From the NCBI GenBank assembly GCA_963768425.1, contig CAVYHV010000014.1, forward strand, positions 1-64,000: 64,000 bases of DNA, in the 5' to 3' direction. A program made the position numbers and the translations under genes. The first letter of the stretch is position 1, and each line of letters opens with the position of its first letter. The notes beneath the pieces are model-generated. The model did no database searches, had not been told where the DNA came from, and saw only the letters and a list, made by a program, of their open reading frames with translations. The DNA comes from Candidatus Bathyarchaeota archaeon (GTDB taxonomy: Archaea; Thermoproteota; Bathyarchaeia; Bathyarchaeales; Bathycorpusculaceae). Shown piece by piece: positions 52,616 through 62,585 of the stretch.

Positions 52616-53910
52616 ATGTCAGTCGCAGGAACAGCAGACCCAGGAAGCATCGCATGGGTAATAACCGCAACAGCCCTAGTCATGCTAATGACCCCCGCCT
52701 TAGGATTCTTCTACGGGGGACTAGGTAAGAAGAAAGAACCTCGTATCAACCATCGCACAATGCTTCATAATATTTGCAGTCATAAGCATAGTCTGGGCTC
52801 TATGGGGCTACATGCTCGTCTTTGGCAACGCCTCAAGCACCCACATAATCGGCTTCAGCCCAAGCCTACTAGGCATGAACGGCCTCGGCATCAACGCCAT
52901 CAACACCAAACTTGCCCCCAACATCCCTGAACTACTATACTTCGCATTCCAACTCAAATTCGCAGCCATCACACCCGCATTAATCGTCGGGGCATGCGCA
53001 GAAAGAATACGTTTCAAGTCACTCCTTATCTTCATAGTTCTCTGGTCAACATTTATCTACGCACCAATAGCCTGCTGGGTTTGGAACCCTAGCGGTTGGC
53101 TCCATAACTTGGGCGCAATCGACTTTGCAGGAGGCATTGTCGTACACATTTCATCAGGTATCTCAGCATTAGCAGCGGCGCTTGTTGTGGGACGAAGAAA
53201 AGGATGCGCTGTCCCATGGCAAAATCATATGAAAGCATTAGACCAAAAAGACCACGCGACAGAGTTTAAGCCTACAAACATCCCCTATGTCTTGTTGGGT
53301 GCAGCGTTGCTTTGGTTCGGCTGGTTCGGCTTCAACGCAGGCAGCGCATTAGCCGCAAACGGACTTGCTGTCTCAGCATTGGTAACGACAAACTTGGCGG
53401 CAGCCGCAGCAGCAATTAGTTGGATGTTGGCGGACTGGTTCAGGAAAGGGAAGCCTTCAGCAATAGGCATGGCGACAGGTGCGGTCGTTGGACTCGTTGT
53501 AATCACGCCAGCAGCGGGCTACGTCAGTGTAGGGTCAGCCATAATCATTGGCTTGATCGGAGGCGTCATCTCTAACTCGGTGGCCAACTGGAGAGCGGGC
53601 AGATCGCGAATAGACGATGCGTTGGATGTGTTCGCGTGCCACGGCGTTGGGGGAATCTGGGGTTCAATCGCAACTGGAATGTTTGCGTCAGCTGCGATAA
53701 ATGGTGCGAGCGGCTTGATCTTTGGAAACGTGCATCAATTCCTCGTCCAATTAGCGGCGATAGGTGTAGTGGTGCCGTTTGCTTTCTTCGGCTCATACGC
53801 GCTGCTTAAGGTGGTGAACGTGTTTTCGCCGCTGAGGGTTAGCGAGGAAGCGGAAGACGCAGGCTTAGACATGAGCCGAGCACGGCGAAGAAGCCTACCA
53901 GCTAGACTAA
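52616..53910 (+). CDS. amtB: Ammonium transporter 1 (indels near 52725 and 53878)
   Basis: [45 protein letters not shown]. Confidence 0.93.
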
Positions 53911-54184
53911 GCAAACCCAAAACTCTTTTTCTTTTTTGTTCCTATGGGAATTTTCCGTTTTTCAATTTATTTGACAATTTTCAATTTTGTAGGGTTTGTT
54001 TTGGACAATTTCGTTATTCTTAGGCGTTTTTTGGTTGATTGTTTTGTAAATTAAAGTTTTCTGGCATTTGATTGGACATTTGTCGATATTTAACTCTGTA
54101 ATCGATGTAAATGTATAGCTTAAATACTAGTTCGCCGAAATTGGTGAACAAATAAGCTGAATAGAAGCTGTCGAGGGGACAAAT

Positions 54185-55471
54185 GTGGGAGCAGCAGACA
54201 TAGCATGGGTGTTAATGTCAACGGCGCTTGTGATGCTGATGACGCCAGCTTTAGCTTTCTTCTACGGCGGCTTAGTCCGAAGAAAAAACCTTGTCTCCAC
54301 CCTCGTACAGTGCATGATAATCTTTGCCGTCGTAAGCCTCGTCTGGTTCTTCTGGGGTTACAGCCTCGTCTACGGACCAAGCGTCGGCGGAGTCATAGGC
54401 AACCTTTCACTTTTCGGGTTAAACAACATAACGCTCTAACCAGCGTCTACCCATCCGCTCCAGCCATCCCCGAAATACTTTTCTTCGCGTTCCAACTTAA
54501 ATTCGCGGCAATCACGCCCGCGTTGATTCTGGGTGCATGCGCGGAAAGAATCCGTTTCAAATCTCTTCTGATCTTCGTCGTTTTGTGGTCTACCCTGATT
54601 TATTCGCCTATTGCCATGTGGATATGGAACCCAAACGGGTGGCTTCATGCGCTTGGCGCCGTGGACTTCGCAGGCGGAATAGTCGTGCACATAGCCGCTG
54701 GGGTATCTGCGTTGGCGGCGGCGCTTGGTTCTCGGGAGAAGGCAGGGTTGCGTTTACTGGAAAGACCAGCTTAAATCTTTAGACCAAAAAGGCACCAGAT
54801 AAAACAGTGCCTATGGGCTCTGAGTTTAAGCCAACCAACATCCCCTACGTGATTTTAGGCGCAGGTTTGCTGTGGTTCGGCTGGTTCGGCTTTAACGGTG
54901 GCAGCGCATTAGCAGCTAACAGCATCGCAGTCTCCGCTGTCATAGCGACCAACTTGGCGGCGGCGGCAGCAGCGGTAAGCTGGATGTGATGGATTGGCTG
55001 ATCAAAGGAAAACCTTCAGCAGTCGGCATTGCAGTTGGTGCGGTGTGCGGTTTGGCGGCGATTACGGCGGCTTCAGGCTACGTTAGTTTTTGGGCTGCAG
55101 TAGTCATCGGGTTAGCTGCAGGTATAATCTCCAATTTGGTGGCTAACTGGCGGGCTGGAAGATCAAGAATTGATGATTCACTGGATGTTTTCGCTTGCCA
55201 CGGAATCGGCGGAATCATCGGCGCCATTTCAATTGGTTTGTTCGCAACTGCTGCGGTTACTCCTGGTGTTACGGGCTTAATTTATGGCAACGTTCATCAG
55301 CTTGCGGTTCAGCTTCTGGCTGTGGGTGTGGTGTCTGCCTTCGCATTTTTGGGTACCTACGCGTTGCTGAAGGTAGTTGATCGTTTCTCGCCACTTAGGG
55401 TCAGCGCAAAAGAGGAAGAAGACGGCTTAGACATGAGCCAACACGGCGAAGAAGCGTATCATCTCGAGTAA
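54185..55471 (+). CDS. amtB: Ammonium transporter 2 (several indels)
   Basis: Same motifs spread over four ORF fragments; ends SQHGEEAY. Confidence 0.9.
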
Positions 55472-55586
55472 CGCCCGTTTTCTTTTTGCTTTAATTTTAG
55501 CTGCGGTCAGAGTTGTCAAGAAATCGTGTCTTAGCGCTACTTTTTTATCTTAAATTTCAATGATAAACTTTGAGGTTTACATAAAA

Positions 55587-56162
55587 ATGAAAGTTGTTGC
55601 TTTTAATGGGAGCGCACGCAAAGATGGAAACACCGCGGTGCTTCTAAAACGTGTTCTTAGCGTCCTTGAAGCGGAAGGCATCGAAACTGAGTTGATTCAG
55701 CTTGCAGGAGAGCAAATCCACGGATGCACCGCTTGCCGGGCGTGTTTTGAAACCAAGAATCAGCGCTGCGTAATCACCGATGACAACGTGAACGATTACA
55801 TTCAGAAGATGCTGGCGGCTGACGGCGTGATTTTGGGTTCGCCAACGTATTTTGGGATGATGTCGCCTGAGATGAAGGCGCTTATTGACCGCGCGGGATT
55901 CGTGTGCAGAGCAACGCCTGACGCTTTGAAGTACAAGGTTGGAGCCGCAGTCGCGGTTGCCAGACGTGCAGGCGCGTTAACGACTTTCGACGCGATAAAC
56001 CATTTCTTCCTAATCAACCAGATGATTGTGCCCGGCTCCTCATACTGGAACATCGGCATGGCAAACAGGAAAGGCGAAATCGACAAGGACGAGGAAGCCT
56101 TGAAAACCATGGATGACCTCGGCAAGAACATGGCGTGGCTGATCAAGAAAATAAAAGCTTAA
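55587..56162 (+). CDS. Iron-sulfur flavoprotein/flavodoxin family
   Basis: NGSARKDGNT, CTACRAC..C, GSPTYF. Confidence 0.9.
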   Translation: MKVVAFNGSARKDGNTAVLLKRVLSVLEAEGIETELIQLAGEQIHGCTACRACFETKNQRCVITDDNVNDYIQKMLAADGVILGSPTYFGMMSPEMKALIDRAGFVCRATPDALKYKVGAAVAVARRAGALTTFDAINHFFLINQMIVPGSSYWNIGMANRKGEIDKDEEALKTMDDLGKNMAWLIKKIKA

Positions 56163-56248
56163 GCGCTACTGATATTAGCGTCTGCCGTTTTTCGTGCCAG
56201 CTATAGGCAACTTAGCCATTGCAATCCTCAAGTCAATTATCGAAAGAT

Positions 56249-57133
56249 TTATCGGGAAACCAGCGCGATTGCGATTACAATGAAGAAAGCGCCTATTGTG
56301 GAGAAGACTGTGATGGGTTCTTTCAGCACCAGAATGGACAAGACAACTGCGACTACTATTTCGGACAGAAGCAGAACGGTTGAGGTGGAAGCCGACAGGT
56401 GCTTTAGCCCTTCAAGCCAAAGATAGTACGGTATAACCCAGCATACGATGGCCGTGTAAAAAACCGCCAGCCACGCGGACCCGCTTAAGGCAAAAAATCG
56501 TTGACCCTGCCAAAAAAGAAAATGGCAAAATTGAAAGCATCGTGAATACAAGAACCCAGGTCATGGATTGGAAAGTCGCCGAAGTGGAGCTGTTAAGCAG
56601 CCGCTTGTTGTAAACCATGAAAATCGCCCAAACAACGCCTGAAACGACAAGCATGACGTCGCCGATTATTTGGCCGCCCATTAAACTTTGGAAATCCAAA
56701 TTCGTGCTCACAAAAACAATTCCCGACCAACCCGAAAAGGACGCCGAGGATCTTTGTTCTCGAGAAACGTTCCCCAAGCAGCTTAGGACTCAACAGCGCA
56801 ACCCACATAGCGCTTAAGTTTATGAAAAGTGCGGCTTTCGCTGCCGTAGTATAATTCATGCCTACGTACTGCAGAAGGTAGCCGGCGGCGTTTGCGATGC
56901 CGAGGAAAACCAGAAGCCTGGTGTCCGCCTTCTTGAATTCAAGCTTCCTAAGAAGCAGCATGACAACTACCAGCGAAACGGAGGAAACTAGGAAGCGCCA
57001 GAAGAGAAAAGCAAAAGGGTCAGTGTATGCTAAGCCAATCTTGATTATCGGGAAAGACGTGCCCCACAAAGCCCCAGCCAAAATGGTGTAAAGACACGGC
57101 TTTGCTTTTTTGGCTAAACAGTTGCTTTGGCAA
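56249..57133 (-). CDS. EamA/DMT transporter (split by indels)
   Basis: LWGTSFPIIK, YTTAAKAALF and LKEP motifs over three fragments. Confidence 0.8.
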
Positions 57134-57297
57134 ATTCCTTCCCTTTTTGCTTTCTTCTACGCTTGTTATCTTTATAAAGAATTATTTGTCAGCTCAAAAG
57201 TTTCAAACATGGGGCTTCCGTTTTGAAGAAGCGAATTTTTTTCCTTTGTGTTTTAGATTGCTTTCTTGAAATAGATCTTGTTTTGGTTGCAGGATGA

Positions 57298-57370
57298 GAC
57301 TTTTTTTGACTTTATTTGACACAAATTGACATAAATTGACACATTTTGACTTTATTTGAAACAATTTGAC
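57298..57370 (+). repeat. GAC cores at 10-bp spacing (TTGAC array)
   Basis: GAC ending at 57300, 57310 ... 57370 (one GAA). Confidence 0.85.
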
Positions 57371-57580
57371 AATCTTGGAATAAAACAGAAGAATTCGCAA
57401 GCTGTTAACTTGAGAAGTAATTTTTAAAGACGCGCCCGAAAAAGAAAAGAGCGATTCTTGCCATATTGCGTCTGGAACGTTTAACCGCGAGTTTTTGCAA
57501 TATCTTTTGGGGTGCAGCAATTTTTCTTTGTGAAATGGGTTGCTTTCTTCGAACAGGGTTTGGATTGGTTGCAACTGGTC

Positions 57581-57630
57581 TCCCAAAACATCTCAAAACA
57601 TACCAAAACATCCCTAAACATCCCAAAAAG
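57581..57630 (+). repeat. Five degenerate 10-bp units TCCCAAAACA
   Basis: Direct reading. Confidence 0.8.
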
Positions 57631-57750
57631 TCGCAGAGGAAGAAGCGTTCAGAAGTGTGCCCCAAGTGGTTTTTCGGCGTTTTTGGCGGCAGATTTTTTT
57701 TGCGTTTTGGGTTGCTTTTTTGTTGAGAAGATTGAATAATCTGCAGGCTC

Positions 57751-57845
57751 CGTCCCTTAAAGTCCACTAAAGTCGTTTAAAGTCCATTACCGTCCCCTAA
57801 AGTCAACAGAAGTCCATTAAAGTCCTTTACCGTCACTTACCGTCA
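57751..57845 (+). repeat. Ten GTC cores at 10-bp spacing
   Basis: GTC at 57752, 57762 ... 57842. Confidence 0.88.
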
Positions 57846-58049
57846 AAAAACAAAGTGGGAGCTAATGGTTTTGGTGCAGAAATTTTCTTTGCGTTTTGTT
57901 ATGAAAAACTTTCTTTACCACTATCCAAACGGTGCATAGACAAAATATCCCGCACGATTGGGTTTGTGTTCTGTGCCGCGGAAGAAAGCCTGAGCGATAA
58001 GTTCCCAAGACATATGAGAAATAGAACGTTAGATCACTGCTTTTTCGGC

Positions 58050-58976
58050 TCAAGTCGCTGTTTTGTGTGGTTCCGCTGGATTTTTTCGCGTTTTTATTAG
58101 TCCGAATGCTCGACCTTCGTCCTTAAAGTTGACGGCGATTAAAACGGATAGAGTAACGAGTGGGATTAGCGAGTAATAGAAGAGCGGTGTTGCCACGGCG
58201 TTGGAGAAAACCATCGTTGCAAAGCTTGAGCCTATTCCTGAAAACAGCAGCATCCCGTTTGACAGCAGAAGCGATACTGCGGCGCTTGCGCTGGCAAGTT
58301 TGAGGTTTTTGCGGTTGTACGAGACGAAGAGTGGGATGGCTAGAAGCCCGAATCTGGGGTCAAATAGTCCGAAGGCGAAGGCTATTCCGGAGAGGACTGG
58401 TTTGTTGCTCCAGCCAAAGTAGAAGCAGAGCAGAAGCAGAAAGGTTATGAATACTTTGGCTTGTCCTTCTCCCCACTGCCAATAGTAACTTGGCGAAAGC
58501 CCCCACTGCGTTCCTGGAAGGGGCAGAAGAAGGGCAATAACTATGACTATGATTGTTACAGCAAGAGGTTTGCCGCTTAGGATTTTGTAGATGAAAAACG
58601 CCATGAAAGGAAGCATCAGGAACTGAACGATGTCAAAAGCTGTAAGAGCCTGCTGATAGCCTAATGCGAGAAATGGCGAAACAAGGAGCAGAAAGGAAGG
58701 CAGGTACTTGTAGGTTTCAGGGTGTGGGAGGATTATTGGTTCCCCATCGTTTAGTGTACCATTGGCGTAAATGTGGGATGGGTTGTTCCAGAGGCGCCAG
58801 GCGCCAATGTAGTAGGCGGAGAAGTCTTTTGCTAAGATTGGTGCGGTCGGGGTAATTCCATTTGATGGAGTGTAGGTCTGTGGGTAAGCTAAAATCAAAG
58901 TGTAGAGGTTCAGGGCGATGACGACGGCGACCGCTATGATTAGTATGGTTTTGGATGATGGTCGTTTGAATTTCAT
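58050..58976 (-). CDS. GT87-like membrane glycosyltransferase
   Basis: KDFSAYY, YKYLP, EGQ; polytopic. Confidence 0.7.
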   Translation of the reverse strand: MKFKRPSSKTILIIAVAVVIALNLYTLILAYPQTYTPSNGITPTAPILAKDFSAYYIGAWRLWNNPSHIYANGTLNDGEPIILPHPETYKYLPSFLLLVSPFLALGYQQALTAFDIVQFLMLPFMAFFIYKILSGKPLAVTIIVIVIALLLPLPGTQWGLSPSYYWQWGEGQAKVFITFLLLLCFYFGWSNKPVLSGIAFAFGLFDPRFGLLAIPLFVSYNRKNLKLASASAAVSLLLSNGMLLFSGIGSSFATMVFSNAVATPLFYYSLIPLVTLSVLIAVNFKDEGRAFGLIKTRKNPAEPHKTAT

Positions 58977-59180
58977 CGTTTACCCGCGTTTGACGATTTT
59001 TGTTTAATACTACTGTCGGAACTTTTATACTTTAGGCACTTCTACCGAACCAACTAGATATAGAGTCTATTTGGAAAAGGCGTTTAACGCAAAGAGGTGG
59101 CACTTTTGAGTAAGATAACGGACGAAATCCAAGCATGGCTACTCTTCTCCTTCGACTGCGAAAACAGCTAATCCGACTCT

Positions 59181-59564
59181 TTGAGCGTCATTATGCATAG
59201 AATTGTCATAACGAGAAAGTGTTTATGTAACTATCGATTAACCCTAAGGTTGAAGGAATGCTTTTTGTCGTCAGATGAAGAGTTAATGAGAAAAGCAAGG
59301 CTAAGAGCTTATGCGAAGCTTGGTTTCTACATCCACTTCGGAGTCTACATTGGTGTAAACGTGATGTTGTTTTTTGTTTGGTGGTTTACTCGTGGAAACA
59401 CTTCTATTCCTTATGCTTCTTTTCCGTGGTTCATCTTTCCACTAGTCGGATGGGGAATAGGAGTTGTCGCTCATTACATAGGAGTTTTCGCTCGAACAGG
59501 TGTCACAGACAGAATGACGGAGCAAGAATACAGAAGACTTAAAGAAGAACAAGGAGAGCAATGA
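59181..59564 (+). CDS. 2TM-domain protein
   Basis: GFYIHFGVYIGVN..WFIFPLVGWGIG..H. Confidence 0.8.
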   Translation: MSVIMHRIVITRKCLCNYRLTLRLKECFLSSDEELMRKARLRAYAKLGFYIHFGVYIGVNVMLFFVWWFTRGNTSIPYASFPWFIFPLVGWGIGVVAHYIGVFARTGVTDRMTEQEYRRLKEEQGEQ

Positions 59565-59776
59565 ATCGCAAGTTCTTCTTCCCAAACGCTTCATAGTCAA
59601 TGTATTGAACATGTTCCAGTCTACTTCTTAATCCTTGTTTCTGTTGGTGCGACAGAAGTGACTTAGTTGTTTTCCCATAATAATTGAGTAATGTATTACA
59701 GAAGTAATACGCATGAAAACGCTTTTATTCAATTTCTCCATTCCCAACCCGTAAAGCCAAATGTAGGATAAATTAG

Positions 59777-60403
59777 ATGCTGCCCCAAAAGCAAAGCAAA
59801 GCAAAACAAGCCTCAATAATGGCGATTGTAGCCGCCCTCTACGCCATCTTATTCTATGGATCAGCAATAGGCATGTTACCGGGATTTACGCTTCTTTACT
59901 TACCAGTCATCCTTCTAGGCGTTCTCCCAGTCTGGTTCGGCTGGCCAGGACTAGTCGGTAGCATGATCGGCGCTTTCATCGGAGGACTGTACGTTGAAGG
60001 AGTGCCTCCGTATGCCGCATGGGTAGAATCAGTTACCGCATTAATCATCTTCGGCTTAAACTGGATTCTCATACCGCGCAATGCTATAGAAGCCAGAACA
60101 AAAAGAAACCTACTTCTCCTAATGGTCGTTTACGCAGTCACCCTTTTCATAGGCACCACATACATCCTCTGGCAATACGTATACCTCTTCAACATCGGAA
60201 TCCTCCCATTCAATTTCATAGGCCAATTTTCCTTTTCAATCGTCCTGGTCTCCACATATAGCCTAAACTTGGTCATCCAACTTGCCGTATGCCCTGCTTT
60301 GCTTAGAACCGTGACGCCCAAGCTAAAAAGCTGGGGAATATATTCTGGGAACTTCGCTCAGTGGAGAAGCACAAGGGCTAGAACACAAGCAAACCAAGCC
60401 TAA
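59777..60403 (+). CDS. QueT-like ECF S-component membrane protein
   Basis: AIVAALYA start, multiple TMs. Confidence 0.55.
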   Translation: MLPQKQSKAKQASIMAIVAALYAILFYGSAIGMLPGFTLLYLPVILLGVLPVWFGWPGLVGSMIGAFIGGLYVEGVPPYAAWVESVTALIIFGLNWILIPRNAIEARTKRNLLLLMVVYAVTLFIGTTYILWQYVYLFNIGILPFNFIGQFSFSIVLVSTYSLNLVIQLAVCPALLRTVTPKLKSWGIYSGNFAQWRSTRARTQANQA

Positions 60404-60498
60404 AACGCACTTTGCCCGAAAGCAAAAAGCATTGCCACATACGTGTGGATAACGCTTTTAAGTTATCAATGACCTAAAGGCACCTTAAGTGCCAAGAA

Positions 60499-61047
60499 AT
60501 GAAAATCAAAGTTATCAAACTTACCCCAGAACAACTTATGAAGCTTCTGCAGGGAGAAAAATCAGCGTTTGCTTCAAACCTGCCTGCTGACGCCGAACTT
60601 TTAGATTTGAAGTTTGACTTGTTCTTCAGGCAGGTGCTCGCCGTGGTTAGAAGCGACACTTTTGAGGATGTCGCCGAAGGCTGCCCAACCCCCGAGTTGA
60701 AACTGGCAAAAACCATGGAGCAAAAAGCCGCTCTCAAACCCACCGCCACTTTCAAAGCCGAACCAAAAGTTGAGCCTAAGCAGGCGCCTGCGAAGACAAT
60801 CCAAGTCACGCAGCCTACCAAATCCCCCACGAAATGGGAAAACGAGTTCAGCCCTGACCAACGCAAACTGCTCAGCTTCCAAGTCAAAGAGGACTGCGTT
60901 GTGGTTAAGCCAATTCAGTTTTTGAAGGCCGAATGGGAAGACATAAACGAAGTGGTCCGAAGCTTAGGCGGCAAATGGGTCAAAGGAGACATCATAAGCT
61001 ACTGGGAAATACCCACAAATCTGGATTCGCAGCACGTTTCGAGTTAA
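60499..61047 (+). CDS. Hypothetical two-domain protein
   Basis: Lys/Pro linker; VRSLGGKWV..YWEIP C-domain. Confidence 0.6.
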   Translation: MKIKVIKLTPEQLMKLLQGEKSAFASNLPADAELLDLKFDLFFRQVLAVVRSDTFEDVAEGCPTPELKLAKTMEQKAALKPTATFKAEPKVEPKQAPAKTIQVTQPTKSPTKWENEFSPDQRKLLSFQVKEDCVVVKPIQFLKAEWEDINEVVRSLGGKWVKGDIISYWEIPTNLDSQHVSS

Positions 61048-61100
61048 AAACGAAAATTCTTTAAACAAGCTGGCTATATTCAGAGTAGGGTTGTACCAAG

Positions 61101-61661
61101 ATGTCTAAAACCGATAAACCATTAACTAAAAGTGCACTTGTCTCTATGCAGGTAATTGATTCTTCTGGTCATTTAGTTGGAAAAGTTAAAGATGTCGCCT
61201 TTGTCGTTGGACAACTGGGCATTTCACTTTCAGTGGAAAACGTGGGTGGAGAAATCCAATGCATCCAGTGGCAAGACATCCAGGCAGCCTCAGATTTCAT
61301 ATTGCTGAAGCCTTCATTTTCGGGTGGCAATAAGGGAGAATGCAAAAAAGATGAAGCTGAAACAGTCCAAGCTTCACAGGCAATGCAAACTCAGCCGGTA
61401 GAAGCTAAAAAACAATCTGCCCAGCCGCTTTGTCCAACCTGCAATAAACCGCTTACTTGGATTCCACAGTACAGCCGATGGTACTGCTACAACGACAAGA
61501 AATACGTTAATCCCCCGGAGGATTGGGAAAAAGTATTCAATGAAAAGTCCACATCCAACGCCCAAAGCAGCCAGCCATTATGCCCAACCTGTAACCAGCC
61601 TCTCACATGGATCCCACAGTACAGCCGATGGTACTGCTACAACGACAAAAAATACGTTTAG
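61101..61661 (+). CDS. PRC-barrel protein with two Zn-ribbon repeats
   Basis: VIDSSGHLVGKVKDV PRC motif; QPLCPTCNxPLTWIPQYSRWYCYNDKKYV twice. Confidence 0.8.
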   Translation: MSKTDKPLTKSALVSMQVIDSSGHLVGKVKDVAFVVGQLGISLSVENVGGEIQCIQWQDIQAASDFILLKPSFSGGNKGECKKDEAETVQASQAMQTQPVEAKKQSAQPLCPTCNKPLTWIPQYSRWYCYNDKKYVNPPEDWEKVFNEKSTSNAQSSQPLCPTCNQPLTWIPQYSRWYCYNDKKYV

Positions 61662-61726
61662 AACCAGCCCTCAACATTTTCTATCAGAACTTTCTAAACA
61701 TTTATTTCAATTATCTTAGATCGCAT

Positions 61727-62152
61727 TTAACGTATAATTTGAAGAAACTCAGTCACAGAAATAATCCGCGTTTTCTTATAGGAGGCTAGTTTGAGAAGGT
61801 GCTTATCGCCGCTGACTAAGTATTGGGCGTGAGCTGTGTGAGCACATTCTAAGAATTTGTCGTCTGAAGGATGTTCTTTTACCACTTCAATCTTTTTGGT
61901 AACATTAACAAATTTGCTTATCTTCAAGATGGCTTCAATTAAATCTTCGCCGCTTAAGCCTTGAGCTCGGTAGATTTTGCTGAGTTTAGGATAAATTAAG
62001 ACGCGACTGATTTCAGCGACTATCTCTTCAGAGATTAACAAGGCGATTTTGCCTTGCTCGGCCGTTTTTATTATATCTGCAGGTTTGCCGCCCCAAAGGA
62101 GCGCTGAAACCCAAACGTTTGTGTCAAGAACTGTTTTTGTCTCTTGCCTCGT
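61727..62152 (-). CDS. PIN-domain toxin (no canonical start before VLDTN)
   Basis: VLDTNVWVSALLWGG in frame upstream of ORF 61727..62041; DDKFLECA, VSGDKHLL. Confidence 0.85.
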   Translation of the reverse strand, partial: TRQETKTVLDTNVWVSALLWGGKPADIIKTAEQGKIALLISEEIVAEISRVLIYPKLSKIYRAQGLSGEDLIEAILKISKFVNVTKKIEVVKEHPSDDKFLECAHTAHAQYLVSGDKHLLKLASYKKTRIISVTEFLQIIR

Positions 62153-62384
62153 CGATGATGGCGTTTATGCCTTCCTCCGAAAGACCCATCTGCCTGACTC
62201 TTGTCCACACTGGCTTCATGGTTTCTTCAAAAGATTTGTCAATTATTTTTTTGAGAACAATAGTATCGTCAATTGCTATTGCTAAGATTTTTTCGCCTTT
62301 CTTGAGGTTAGCCGCTTTTCTCACATTAGCAGGAATAACCACTTGTCCCTTGGAGGAAACCTTAGTCGTTGAAGCTTCGATCAT
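62124..62384 (-). CDS. AbrB/MazE-family antitoxin
   Basis: TKVSSKGQVVIPANVRK. Confidence 0.88.
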   Translation of the reverse strand: MIEASTTKVSSKGQVVIPANVRKAANLKKGEKILAIAIDDTIVLKKIIDKSFEETMKPVWTRVRQMGLSEEGINAIIDEARDKNSS

Positions 62385-62585
62385 GTTTAGCATCACACAG
62401 AAAACGGTAAGAACATTCTTACTTATAACATTGGCGGATGTGGAGATAGCCTTCGCCTCAGTTTCCTGCGTTTGTTGTTGTGCAGTGGCAATCACTTAGT
62501 TTTATGAACCTTGAAAACTAAGCAAGTATGCGCAGACTGCCCTGTTTCTCGACCATACAAATTAGCCTGTTACGAACGATCTGAA

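Noticed and set aside
57298-57845. CRISPR array or ORB-type origin
   Set aside because: No 25-40 bp repeats with unique spacers, no cas or cdc6 gene, no ORB consensus seen
57203-58100. Short overlapping ORFs in the repeat locus and antisense ORFs over major genes
   Set aside because: Low-complexity or shadow ORFs with no recognisable motifs
61421-61658. Repeat pair as DGR template/variable region
   Set aside because: Differences are mostly synonymous and not adenine-specific; no reverse transcriptase in window
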